Below, one piece after another: positions 1 to 8,741 of a stretch of 64,000 nucleotides of DNA. The notes below the pieces were generated by a model. It saw nothing but the letters and a program-made list of their open reading frames with translations. It did not search any database and was not told where the DNA came from. Every line of letters begins with the position of its first letter. Position 1 is the stretch's first letter. Origin of the DNA: an uncultured virus (IMG/VR IMGVR_UViG_3300021378_001157) (lineage: Duplodnaviria > Heunggongvirae > Uroviricota > Caudoviricetes); IMG/VR virus record IMGVR_UViG_3300021378_001157; one strand, given 5' to 3'. A program made the position numbers and the translations under genes.

Positions 1-355
1 ATACCCCATATGAATTAGAAAACAGCCTAAAACTAAGTCCGGCCTTATTGAAACTAGGATTAACTATAGCAGAATATCCAGCTTTAGCACTTGTTAAACT
101 ATAACCTGAAGCAGAAGCTAATTCAACCGAATTCGTAACCATAGCTGGATAATCTACAGTTGCAGATGCTCCATAGAAATCAGCAAAATCTATCTCTGTA
201 CCTAGTGTACTATTAATAGTTCTACCAGATGCAGCCGTTAAATTTCTAATATCAGTATCATTTAACGAAGAGATTGATGAGGCCGCATAACCAGACCCTG
301 CAGCCTCTACGTGAATATCTGCTAATGATATTGCTCCTGATGTTTGTAATGCCAT
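1..355 (-). CDS. tail fibre adhesin-like protein, N-terminal part (runs off the left end of the window)
   Basis: Not in the ORF track; translated by hand from ATG at 355: MALQTSGAISLADIHVEAAG...EIDFADFYGASAT..., open to base 1. The MALQxSGxIS...DFYG motif is typical of phage tail-tip adhesin attachment domains. Confidence 0.7.
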   Translation of the reverse strand, partial: MALQTSGAISLADIHVEAAGSGYAASSISSLNDTDIRNLTAASGRTINSTLGTEIDFADFYGASATVDYPAMVTNSVELASASGYSLTSAKAGYSAIVNPSFNKAGLSFRLFSNSYGV

Positions 356-369
356 TTATAGTCTCTTCT

Positions 370-1119
370 TTATTCCATATTCATAACTCTATCAATTGGT
401 ATAGTATTCCAACTTGTTTTACTTTTCCAATTACTTAGAGTATGTTGTCCGTCAAATGTGGCTTCCCAAAATACTAATTCATCATTTGTATCTGAAGCCG
501 TAAACTGTGTTAAATCCTTTAAATCACCATCAAATAAGGTTCCATTAATTGTTACCTTACTTTCATCTACTTGTCTTTGTGGTAAAAGTCCTGGCGTTAT
601 TTCATCCATTGGACATGCCGCAAAGAATTCTACTAAATCTGCATCATCTATTTCAGCATATCTATCTGCACCTGATATATCTGTATTATTACTTATATCA
701 TATGTTCCGTATTGCATTTTTAATTTATTTGGAAAAGTTTTATCTTCTAAATTTTGAGCCTTAAGGTTAGTATATAAACCTAAGATATCTTCCATATAAA
801 CATTTGATCCAAAATTTTCATGTAAGTATATGTCAGCATCTTGTAATGTTGCTGTAGTTACATCTTCTTCTACAATAGTTACTTTGGCTTCGTCTTTAAA
901 CAGAGTCTTAAGCCAGTTAATAACTCTTACATTATTTTCATAAGCATATACATGAGTTGCTCCGTGTTTAACACATAACCATGCCATAATTCCTGAACCA
1001 GCTCCTAGTTCAACTACTGTTTTACCTGAAACATTTGCTTTAATAAATTCCAAATATGCTTCAGTTCTTTCTTTATCGATTGCGTAATCGAATACTCTAT
1101 TTACTATCCAATTTTTCAT
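370..1119 (-). CDS. class I SAM-dependent methyltransferase, PRMT-like
   Basis: Motif I VVELGAGSG, post-I VYAYE, DxxRTxAY, ExxGxxxxxE (ENFGSNVYME), C-terminal TSW. Confidence 0.8.
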   Translation of the reverse strand: MKNWIVNRVFDYAIDKERTEAYLEFIKANVSGKTVVELGAGSGIMAWLCVKHGATHVYAYENNVRVINWLKTLFKDEAKVTIVEEDVTTATLQDADIYLHENFGSNVYMEDILGLYTNLKAQNLEDKTFPNKLKMQYGTYDISNNTDISGADRYAEIDDADLVEFFAACPMDEITPGLLPQRQVDESKVTINGTLFDGDLKDLTQFTASDTNDELVFWEATFDGQHTLSNWKSKTSWNTIPIDRVMNME

Positions 1120-1322
1120 ACTGTTTCATTCCATGGTAGATGTTCTTCGACCCATTCATTAACTTTATATTGTGTTGCAGCTTCATCAATAAGTGTATTA
1201 TCTTCTGAATCTAATACTGCGTGGATTTGTGTAGATCCATCATACCATTCAAATCTAGCCCACTTTAGTGTACTATTTGGATTATCTGAATCTTCTACTA
1301 TTGTGTATGCTGTATTTGCCAT
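1116..1322 (-). CDS. small acidic hypothetical protein (possible fibre chaperone)
   Basis: Coupled to the upstream gene by a TAATG overlap and to the downstream gene by an ATGA overlap. Confidence 0.6.
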   Translation of the reverse strand: MANTAYTIVEDSDNPNSTLKWARFEWYDGSTQIHAVLDSEDNTLIDEAATQYKVNEWVEEHLPWNETV

Positions 1323-2755
1323 TATGTCAGTGTCCAAGTTGATCGAGAAAGTGTTGTTGTATTTGCACTACCACTACCTGCTCCTCCTGGGAATATAAGA
1401 CTGTCAACATTTTGAGATGCTGGTGTACCTGAACGATAGTTAGATATGGCAGATACTTGTGTATTATTCCAACGCCATATTCTTGCAGTACCACTTGAAA
1501 CATAAGTGTATGTTGCTGATGCTCTTGGTAGTGTTAATGTTGTCATACCACTTCTAGTTATTGTTAAATTTGTAAATCCAGAGTTACTATCGCTACCAGT
1601 GGCTTCTACAACCATCATTACTCCATGTGAAGACCCTGCAGGACCATAAGTAAAATGTAAGAGTGCACGTAATGTACCAAATGAACTAGAAGCTCCCCAT
1701 TGAGATATAGTTGGACTACCTATAAGACTACCTTGAGCTGAATCAGTTTTAGTACTAGATGTAATTGCACTATTAAACCCTGTTAATGATGAAGAATAAG
1801 TATTTGAATATGTTGGGCCAAAACCATGTAGAATATGTTCATACTGACCACCACGAGGTCCACTCATAACTTGATACTTAGCAGCTGGTTGTACCTCAAC
1901 TGAAGATGTTACAAACCCTATATGTGTTTTTCCATAAAAGTCTGAAAATTTAATTTCACCAGATGATGGTACACCCGATAAACCAGAACCTATAAATGTT
2001 CCAGGGCTATAGTAATCTGACATTTTAACATCTGAACTATCAGCCCCACCCATTTCTTCTGCGATTCCGTTATTACTAGTTGTAGTTGTAGTACCAGATA
2101 TAATTTCTACATCATAAGAAGTATTTGAACTCGGTGTACCTAATGATGTTATTGCGTTATATACAGTGCCAGAGGTTCCGTGCCATTCCCACCAGCTATT
2201 TCCGTTTTCATAGGCGTCATAAGTTAAATCATCTCTGTCTATTGTCACAACAGTTCCGCTATTTGTTGTGATTTTAATCTTTTCAAAGGTGTTGTCGCTG
2301 TTAGTAACACCAGAACCCGATAATGCAAATCCAAAAATTCTAGTGTTAGTATTTGGGCTAGGTGATGCATCAGGCAATCCCCATAAAAGAAATCTTATTG
2401 TTCTATTGACTGATGACTTATCTGAATATGTAGTAGTACCCAGACTTCCAAATGCGCTTTGACTACTATAGCCTCTCAGTTCACCCTGTATTCCTAGAGC
2501 AGTATTCATTGACCAAAGATTGTGAATATAACTACTGGAAAAGTTACTTGCTGTTTGGTTATAACCATACAGATCGCCTTGCCACATTAGAACATTTGAG
2601 AACGTGCCATCGCCAACTTCGTTCCTTTGCCTGATGGTAAGGAGGGCATCAAGTCCAGTTGTCATAGTAGTATCAAGTAACTTATTGTTAACAGTCTCTG
2701 ATGGATTGGTTCCTGCATCCTGTAAAGCTAGTTGTCCAGACGATATTATTGTCAT
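1322..2755 (-). CDS. Ser/Thr/Gly-rich tail fibre / receptor-binding adhesin-like protein
   Basis: 477 aa, S/T/G-rich, with MSDYY...VPSSGEIKFSDFYG motif and two similar beta-rich domains; downstream of a late promoter. Confidence 0.7.
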   Translation of the reverse strand: MTIISSGQLALQDAGTNPSETVNNKLLDTTMTTGLDALLTIRQRNEVGDGTFSNVLMWQGDLYGYNQTASNFSSSYIHNLWSMNTALGIQGELRGYSSQSAFGSLGTTTYSDKSSVNRTIRFLLWGLPDASPSPNTNTRIFGFALSGSGVTNSDNTFEKIKITTNSGTVVTIDRDDLTYDAYENGNSWWEWHGTSGTVYNAITSLGTPSSNTSYDVEIISGTTTTTSNNGIAEEMGGADSSDVKMSDYYSPGTFIGSGLSGVPSSGEIKFSDFYGKTHIGFVTSSVEVQPAAKYQVMSGPRGGQYEHILHGFGPTYSNTYSSSLTGFNSAITSSTKTDSAQGSLIGSPTISQWGASSSFGTLRALLHFTYGPAGSSHGVMMVVEATGSDSNSGFTNLTITRSGMTTLTLPRASATYTYVSSGTARIWRWNNTQVSAISNYRSGTPASQNVDSLIFPGGAGSGSANTTTLSRSTWTLT

Positions 2756-3021
2756 TACTTAATAATCTCCGTAATTAAATCTTCAAACTGTTCTATCTTC
2801 TCAACCCTATTAGGCCATAGAATATATTCCTTTTCTGGATTCTTTTTTAAATTACTTAATAGTGGTAGAATACTATTATATAATTTGTTTAGTTTCTCTT
2901 CTAATTCTTGTACATTAGCAGATGCTGTAGAAGCTTCAGTCTTTACATTCTGGACTGCTTCTAATTCGTGTTCATCTACTGCGGTAAACCCGAAGTCAAA
3001 GTCTAATAAATCTTTGCTCAT
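2755..3021 (-). CDS. conserved T4-like hypothetical protein
   Basis: DFDFGFTAVDE...LKKNPEKEYILWPNR; first gene after a late promoter. Confidence 0.65.
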   Translation of the reverse strand: MSKDLLDFDFGFTAVDEHELEAVQNVKTEASTASANVQELEEKLNKLYNSILPLLSNLKKNPEKEYILWPNRVEKIEQFEDLITEIIK

Positions 3022-3023
3022 AT

Positions 3024-3194
3024 TTAATCCTCTATTAAACTATTTATAAGGTTTTTATCTTCTTTTCTCTGGTTTTGTTTCTTTTTATTAGGTACTACCT
3101 TGTGATTAAATGGCAGGTCTTTATCCCATAATACTTTATGGTATCTAGTTCTTAGTCTCTTTGACTTTTGCGGCGTTCTTATTTTCTTCGCCAT
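3024..3194 (-). CDS. small basic hypothetical protein
   Basis: K/R-rich ORF; start set at MAKKI. Confidence 0.55.
   Translation of the reverse strand: MAKKIRTPQKSKRLRTRYHKVLWDKDLPFNHKVVPNKKKQNQRKEDKNLINSLIED
3041..3048 (-). promoter_or_regulatory. T4-type late promoter TATAAATA
   Basis: Exact TATAAATA on the minus strand just upstream of the ORF starting at 3021. Confidence 0.75.
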
Positions 3195-3345
3195 CTTCAT
3201 CTCCATCCCAATTTAATTCTGTCATTGACTTCTGTTTAACTTTTTGATTTTTCTTACCAAAGATATTATCCCAATTATCTCTACCTTGTTTAGATAAAGC
3301 TTTGGATTGGATAGTATCTCCTGTTACATCATTCTTTGTTACCAA
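3145..3345 (-). CDS. hypothetical protein
   Basis: KNDVTGDTIQSK...NWDNIFGKK; probable TTG start after AGGAG, start uncertain. Confidence 0.5.
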   Translation of the reverse strand: MVTKNDVTGDTIQSKALSKQGRDNWDNIFGKKNQKVKQKSMTELNWDGDEDGEENKNAAKVKETKN

Positions 3346-3509
3346 TTGTGTATTACTCCTGACATTATAAAGAAGCATGTTATAAAATTAACTAGTACTA
3401 TTACAGTTCTAATTATTGCAATAACATCTGCTTCTTTATTAGATTTACCTTCTTTTTCTCCAAGTGACTTGGCCCAAAGTCTCCAAAGCTTACTTAGAAA
3501 GTTCAACAT
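3339..3509 (-). CDS. small membrane protein (56 aa)
   Basis: Hand-translated MLNFLSKLWRLWAKSLGEK...EADVIAIIRTVIVLVNFITCFFIMSGVIHNW; one TM helix. Confidence 0.65.
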   Translation of the reverse strand: MLNFLSKLWRLWAKSLGEKEGKSNKEADVIAIIRTVIVLVNFITCFFIMSGVIHNW

Positions 3510-3514
3510 TTTTT

Positions 3515-3715
3515 TTACTTAGCGCTCGGATGTAGTTCTTTACGCCTAACAAGCTCGTTACGAACCTTTTGTTTAACCTTAGGTGTTGTACTTGTTTTTG
3601 TATACATATCTAATAATTCTGCCAGAGGCATTGATTTTGCATATGAATGTTGAACTGTTACTTTACCAGTATTTCTATCTTTAACCGTCTGGCTCGGTTT
3701 TAATTTAATTGGCAT
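3515..3715 (-). CDS. hypothetical protein
   Basis: 66 aa ORF in a tightly packed operon. Confidence 0.6.
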   Translation of the reverse strand: MPIKLKPSQTVKDRNTGKVTVQHSYAKSMPLAELLDMYTKTSTTPKVKQKVRNELVRRKELHPSAK

Positions 3716-3717
3716 TT

Positions 3718-4308
3718 TTATATACTCACAAATCTTATATTAGGATATCCTTTCATTATTTTATTACGCTCTTCTACCCAGTGATTTCTAGGAGTAGAAT
3801 TTTCGTAACCCTTAGTATTTATATATATGTTATCGTGACCCACTCCATCAAAACCTAATAAGTAGATTTCATTGTATAGACCCGATTCACATGCTATTTT
3901 CAAAGCTCTTGACCCACTAGATATATCCTCATCTAAAATAGGAATTACTTTATCTTTATCTTCAACGTGTGTAATATAGATAGCTCTTTCTGTACCTCTT
4001 ATAACACATTTATCTTTTCTTGGATTATAAACTAATGGTAGTTCATACTCTGACTCGTACTGTAACATAGTAACTAGATTACCAACTGCTGCAGTAGGTA
4101 TTGTACTCCACTCATTAAAATAACAAGTATTATCTTTACAATATCCTGACTCATATATAATATGTTGCATGTATATATCAACACATACCAAGAAATCTAT
4201 ATCTTCGTTATATGCACCATTGCATCCATATACATGTGCATCAGGAAATGACTTTCTATAATCCGTATTCTTTCTGGATAATCCATTTCCTAATATAACT
4301 GCCTTCAT
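3718..4308 (-). CDS. Maf/DUF115-like or GT29-like putative sugar transferase
   Basis: AVILGNGxSR, VYGCN, LVxVD, SSG..AL, IYLLGFD motifs. Confidence 0.5.
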   Translation of the reverse strand: MKAVILGNGLSRKNTDYRKSFPDAHVYGCNGAYNEDIDFLVCVDIYMQHIIYESGYCKDNTCYFNEWSTIPTAAVGNLVTMLQYESEYELPLVYNPRKDKCVIRGTERAIYITHVEDKDKVIPILDEDISSGSRALKIACESGLYNEIYLLGFDGVGHDNIYINTKGYENSTPRNHWVEERNKIMKGYPNIRFVSI

Positions 4309-4889
4309 TAGATTTCGCCTACTATATGCTTATAGATATCTTTCCATTTCCAATACCTTGGAATATTACCTTCATAATAAGCATTATGTTCATGAGCCAC
4401 AAGGATTGAATTAAGACCAAATCTCTTTCCAACTTCTGCATTCTCTACTTTATCTTCTACCCAGAAGCATCCTGTGCCTTCATACTGTTTTAGTACTTCA
4501 TCTTTATCCGCACCACATGCAAGGTAGATATAATCATCAAATAATTCTTTTCCAAAAAGTAATTCTAAGTTTTGTGTTCTTAATCTTTGAGCATACTTAT
4601 TATCACTTAAAGATGTAATACAGTGAAACCTATAACCATGTAACATATTAAGTCTTTTCATGTAATAGACTGCATCTCTTAATGGTGGTAAGAAAGCAAT
4701 TGCAGCTGATGCATTAAACTCTTCAACACATTTCTTACTAAACTCTTTGGTTAAGTTAAATCTTTTTGCGACATTGTATTCGTTATACTTACTTGTAGGA
4801 TATCCTTTATGGTTCATCCATTGTGTAAATGAATATTCCCAGTCGCAGAGAACTCCATCACAATCTACTAATATTATATTTTCTTTCAT
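4308..4889 (-). CDS. HAD-family 5'(3')-deoxyribonucleotidase-like protein
   Basis: LVDCDGVL (DxD), ITS, K, WVEDK HAD motifs; start at MKENI after GGAG. Confidence 0.75.
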   Translation of the reverse strand: MKENIILVDCDGVLCDWEYSFTQWMNHKGYPTSKYNEYNVAKRFNLTKEFSKKCVEEFNASAAIAFLPPLRDAVYYMKRLNMLHGYRFHCITSLSDNKYAQRLRTQNLELLFGKELFDDYIYLACGADKDEVLKQYEGTGCFWVEDKVENAEVGKRFGLNSILVAHEHNAYYEGNIPRYWKWKDIYKHIVGEI

Positions 4890-4905
4890 CTTTTCTCCAA
4901 ACATC

Positions 4906-5124
4906 TTAATGAAAGACCTTCTCCTTGCCATTAATAACAAGGTGGTCTATATGTACGTTTTCTCTTGGATCCATAATATTATGTTCTACTAACATATCAC
5001 ATAGTTTATCCCAAGCATCTACATCTTTACTTATTGCTAGTTCCACCATTTCTGGTAGTGGTAATGGTAGATGAACTTCACAATCTTCCTTTCTAACTAA
5101 TCTTCCTACTATTTTATTTTTCAT
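4906..5124 (-). CDS. hypothetical protein
   Basis: 72 aa ORF downstream of an early promoter. Confidence 0.6.
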   Translation of the reverse strand: MKNKIVGRLVRKEDCEVHLPLPLPEMVELAISKDVDAWDKLCDMLVEHNIMDPRENVHIDHLVINGKEKVFH

Positions 5125-5147
5125 AATTTTCTCTTTTCTATAGTACT

Positions 5148-5176
5148 ATTATACTACATAAATAGTTGCTTGTAAA
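5148..5176 (-). promoter_or_regulatory. sigma70-type early promoter TTTACA-N17-TATAAT (extended GTAGTATAAT)
   Basis: One of 20 copies with an invariant 17-bp spacer. Confidence 0.8.
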
Positions 5177-5195
5177 GTGTTTTTTTAAATTATTT

Positions 5196-5657
5196 TTAAA
5201 AATTACCATCGGCTCTATCTATAGTTTGTATTACTGGAGTCCCTCTTGACTTCCACATATCAACTACTTGATTTCTATCATCAAACACTAAATCTATTTT
5301 ACCGAATTCTTTTTCTACAGTATCTGCAGTTTCTGCCTTGAAAAGAGCATCTTGTATGAAACAGTCATCTGGTCTCATAAAGATAATTGGTTGCTCTATT
5401 CCAATAAAGTTTTGAATTTGTTGAGTAGTTATAGGTCTTTCCCTATTCATTCTTGCTGTAAAGAATACTACTACATCACCAGCATCGTGGTGTTCTTTGG
5501 CTTTATCACAGACCCATTGTATTGGTGTATCATGTATTGCATTCTCTCTAAACTTTACCCAATCTTTTTGTTGAGTGCCGTCTACGAAATGCCTTCTATG
5601 GTTTACATCTACAATGGTTCCGTCTACATCAAATACTATAAATTTCTTCTCTTTCAT
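5196..5657 (-). CDS. HAD phosphatase, PseT/PNK 3'-phosphatase-domain-like
   Basis: FDVDGT, FTAR, MRPDD..D..FK, FDDRNQVVDMW. Confidence 0.8.
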   Translation of the reverse strand: MKEKKFIVFDVDGTIVDVNHRRHFVDGTQQKDWVKFRENAIHDTPIQWVCDKAKEHHDAGDVVVFFTARMNRERPITTQQIQNFIGIEQPIIFMRPDDCFIQDALFKAETADTVEKEFGKIDLVFDDRNQVVDMWKSRGTPVIQTIDRADGNF

Positions 5658-5663
5658 AATACT

Positions 5664-5692
5664 ATTATACTACAAAAGAAAAGAAATGTAAA
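5664..5692 (-). promoter_or_regulatory. early promoter (ATG 6 nt after the -10, likely leaderless)
   Basis: TTTACA-N17-TATAAT followed by AGTATTATG. Confidence 0.8.
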
Positions 5693-5696
5693 GTGT

Positions 5697-5906
5697 TTAT
5701 TTAAAATATTTTAATAACATTTCAAGTTTATCGTGATATTCTGCCATGTGCCCTAGTTCTTTTTCTAAGGTCTCCATTTGGTCTGAATGTTCACCAACTG
5801 ATACTTGATTACATAATATAATTTCGGCATTCATTTGGTGTTTTTCTGCCTGGGCTTCCATATATTTAATTGAAGCCGCTACCATTTTGTCTCTAAAGTT
5901 TTTCAT
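5697..5906 (-). CDS. conserved hypothetical protein of marine T4-like phages
   Basis: VGEHSD.METLEKEL..MA.Y.DKLE motif; ATGA overlap with the peroxiredoxin gene. Confidence 0.65.
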   Translation of the reverse strand: MKNFRDKMVAASIKYMEAQAEKHQMNAEIILCNQVSVGEHSDQMETLEKELGHMAEYHDKLEMLLKYFK

Positions 5907-6430
5907 ACTACAAAATCCTCTCCAGGGGTCCAACTACAACCAGTAAGACCACCGGCCTTTAGTGCTTGTAAAGTTCTTAATACTTCATCAGCATTTCTGC
6001 CAGTATCCAGTGCGTTTACTGATACATGCTGAATTACTCTATCTTTATCAATAATGAAAGTTGCTCTATAACATACACCTTCTTCTTGATTAATAATACC
6101 TAGTTGTTCTGATAGTGAAAGACCACAATCAGCCGCTAGGGTGTGTTGAATATTTCCGATAAGTTCATTAGATTGTTTCCAAGCTAATTTGCAGAACTCA
6201 TTATCTCCTGAAATACCGATTACATTTGCTTCTGCCACTAATTTGTCCATTGCAGAAATCTCTGTGGGGCAAATAAATGTGAAGTCTTTAGGGTAAAAGT
6301 AAATTACTGACCAATCATGTTTATGTGGTGTGTAAGATTCCTCTACGGTTACATTCACAAGACTGTTATCTTTATCAACACCTTGTAAACTAAATGATGG
6401 GAATTCATCCCCTACTGTCATTGCATACAT
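5903..6430 (-). CDS. ahpC: peroxiredoxin (AhpC/TSA)
   Basis: FYPKDFTFICPTE, RATFIID, GRNADEVLRTLQAL. Confidence 0.92.
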   Translation of the reverse strand: MYAMTVGDEFPSFSLQGVDKDNSLVNVTVEESYTPHKHDWSVIYFYPKDFTFICPTEISAMDKLVAEANVIGISGDNEFCKLAWKQSNELIGNIQHTLAADCGLSLSEQLGIINQEEGVCYRATFIIDKDRVIQHVSVNALDTGRNADEVLRTLQALKAGGLTGCSWTPGEDFVV

Positions 6431-6439
6431 TTTTCTCTC

Positions 6440-7132
6440 CTATCTTCCGAATATATTTTCCATGCGTTTTTCTTTTTGATACTGTTTAATAGTATCCCAT
6501 AATTTATCGGTCCAGTTATCTCTGTGCTCGATAAAAACTTGTGGGTCTTCATTATCTACTGCAATCATAATTACTAATTGAGTAATAGGAACCCCTGTTC
6601 GTTCTTCCCACATAATTGCATACGCTGCACATTGTAAGAAGTATCCAGTAATCCATTCTTTCTTTTTAGGTTTACGGGAAGTTTTATAATCAACTATTGA
6701 ATTTACACCATTCCATACACCAACACAGTCTACTCTACCAGCTAGTCCTAAGTGTGTAGAATATAAAGGTGCTTCTTGAGCATATACTTTATCTAGGTTA
6801 TTATCTAGTATGTGTTTTACATCTTGAAATGATTGAATAATATGTGGCATATAACCTTCGGTATAGTTCGGGTCATTATCTACATACTTTTCAAGTATCG
6901 CGTGGACGGCTGTACCTCTTGAAGAAGCAACTCTACTAATCTTGTTTGCCTCTTCTTCCCCTACTCGCGCTCTCCACGCTTGTATGGCCTCTCTACTTAA
7001 TATAGAAAGAACAGTTGTAACACTGGGAAGTTGGTTACCGTCCGGCGTCTTATATACCCTTCCTTTCCCTTCGGAAGTGGTCGCTGTTAAGTCACTATAA
7101 CCTAAATCAACTGGTTCATGTATAAAATTCAT
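6440..7132 (-). CDS. PD-(D/E)xK exonuclease (Cas4/MGME1-like)
   Basis: PSVTTVL, RGTAVH, AGRVDC, IVDYKTS, Q..AYA. Confidence 0.85.
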   Translation of the reverse strand: MNFIHEPVDLGYSDLTATTSEGKGRVYKTPDGNQLPSVTTVLSILSREAIQAWRARVGEEEANKISRVASSRGTAVHAILEKYVDNDPNYTEGYMPHIIQSFQDVKHILDNNLDKVYAQEAPLYSTHLGLAGRVDCVGVWNGVNSIVDYKTSRKPKKKEWITGYFLQCAAYAIMWEERTGVPITQLVIMIAVDNEDPQVFIEHRDNWTDKLWDTIKQYQKEKRMENIFGR

Positions 7133-7818
7133 AATTTCCCCTGGTCTACTAAGTCTTTTGTCATTAAGAAATCTCGCACTAGGCCTGACCTTACAATGTC
7201 ATTCCAAGTAAAATCAATAATATCAAAGTACTTCATGTGTTTAAGAATGTAAAGGAAACCATTAAGGCCTTCTTTATCTTTCTCCGTTTTAAAATCTGAT
7301 TGGTAATGGTCACCACATACTAGAATTTTAGTATTATTACCAAGTCTTGTTATAACCGAACATAATTCGTGGTAGTTACAATTCTGTGCTTCATCAATTA
7401 TAATGATTGCATTCTGAATAGTTAATCCCCTTATATAAGAAGTTGTTAAGTATTCAATGCTTTTCATTGTAACTAACTTATCCCATGCAGTAGGGTCTTC
7501 AAATAGTTCAGTTGTAATTGCCTTATATGGTGCCTTATAAGCTTCTTCTTTTTCTTCCTGAGTGCCTGGTAAGAATCCCATATCTCTAGTTGGTACTGCT
7601 GACCGAACAAAGATTATCTTTTCATAGTTCGAACTTTTATCCAAGACTTCTTCTAGTGCCAGATAAGATGCAATGAATGTTTTACCCGTACCTGCTGCAC
7701 CTATGAGAGCCAGATTCTGTCCTGACTTATAAGAATCAAATACTTTCTTTTGATTTGCAGTAAGAGGTTCTCTTGTGTGTAGATGTTCTAGTCTTAACTT
7801 TGCTGGTAGTTTATTCAT
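7129..7818 (-). CDS. phoH: PhoH-family ATPase
   Basis: GAAGTGKT, GFLPG, RGLT, IIDEAQN, TRLG, GD..QSD, DIVRSGLV. Confidence 0.93.
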   Translation of the reverse strand: MNKLPAKLRLEHLHTREPLTANQKKVFDSYKSGQNLALIGAAGTGKTFIASYLALEEVLDKSSNYEKIIFVRSAVPTRDMGFLPGTQEEKEEAYKAPYKAITTELFEDPTAWDKLVTMKSIEYLTTSYIRGLTIQNAIIIIDEAQNCNYHELCSVITRLGNNTKILVCGDHYQSDFKTEKDKEGLNGFLYILKHMKYFDIIDFTWNDIVRSGLVRDFLMTKDLVDQGKL

Positions 7819-8063
7819 TTTGTTTTAATGTTCTTATGTAATGATTTAGGAATATTTGATTTAATCTTATCCTGTACTTCTTTCCAGCCATCACCAGCCT
7901 TCTGTAATGCTCCTTGAGTACCTTTAGATACGATAGCAGGTGCACCTACTTTTTGTACATTTTCTGGATTATCTTTTAAATATTCCTGTAAAGAATCCCA
8001 ACTCATAAAGACTGTTTCCACATCTTCACCAGTTTTTTTATTTATGATATCATACAGAGGCAT
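7815..8063 (-). CDS. conserved hypothetical protein
   Basis: MPLYDIINKKTGE...YLKDNP...GWKEV; start set at MPLY. Confidence 0.65.
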   Translation of the reverse strand: MPLYDIINKKTGEDVETVFMSWDSLQEYLKDNPENVQKVGAPAIVSKGTQGALQKAGDGWKEVQDKIKSNIPKSLHKNIKTK

Positions 8064-8625
8064 AATTAAACCACTCTGGTATATTTCTTTTAGTCCAATC
8101 CATTTTAAATCTCTCTTGTTTTGTGTGATAAAAATTTCTATATGATTGTACAGCATCGGTGCCACCTAAACCATGTACTACACATTCTGGGTTTGAACCC
8201 ATTGCAAGTTTGAAGTGTGTTCTACCACCTGCTCTATTAATATTGTTTGGCATTGTTTTTAATATATTTCTTAACTTAGTATCGGTTGAATGTACTTTAC
8301 CATACCTATATGTATACTCGTCACAAAGGGCAATAAAATGTTCATAGTGCCAAGAATAATTACAACAAGACTCGCGAGACCATACTGTACATGGATGGTT
8401 ATGATGAACCGCCTTGTATAGTATATCTTCTCTTATGTCGGAAAGTTTGTAATATTTTAGAATTCTTTTACCTGACTTAGATGGTCTTTTTTCTATAGTG
8501 CCATCAAGCATTCTATGGACTGTAGATAACATCTGTGCTGATTCTACAATCATTTTTACTACGTGTTTGTCACACTGGTCTTGTGCTGCTTTGATAGGGT
8601 CTTCGTTTAAAATAAATATATTCAT
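8050..8625 (-). CDS. pyrimidine-dimer DNA glycosylase / DenV-superfamily-like protein
   Basis: MNIFIL...CDKHVVKMIVESAQMLST, HHNHPCTVW, EYTYRYGKVH. Confidence 0.7.
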   Translation of the reverse strand: MNIFILNEDPIKAAQDQCDKHVVKMIVESAQMLSTVHRMLDGTIEKRPSKSGKRILKYYKLSDIREDILYKAVHHNHPCTVWSRESCCNYSWHYEHFIALCDEYTYRYGKVHSTDTKLRNILKTMPNNINRAGGRTHFKLAMGSNPECVVHGLGGTDAVQSYRNFYHTKQERFKMDWTKRNIPEWFNYASV

Positions 8626-8663
8626 AGTATAATTTGGTTTACTTTCTTCTTTATATGAGTACT

Positions 8664-8692
8664 ATTATACTACATATTGAATGAAAAGTAAA
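8664..8692 (-). promoter_or_regulatory. early promoter
   Basis: TTTACT-N17-TATAAT. Confidence 0.8.
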
Positions 8693-8741
8693 CCCCTTTT
8701 TAAAATTAATTTCGCAAAGGGGTCACTTCATAACCTCCTAT

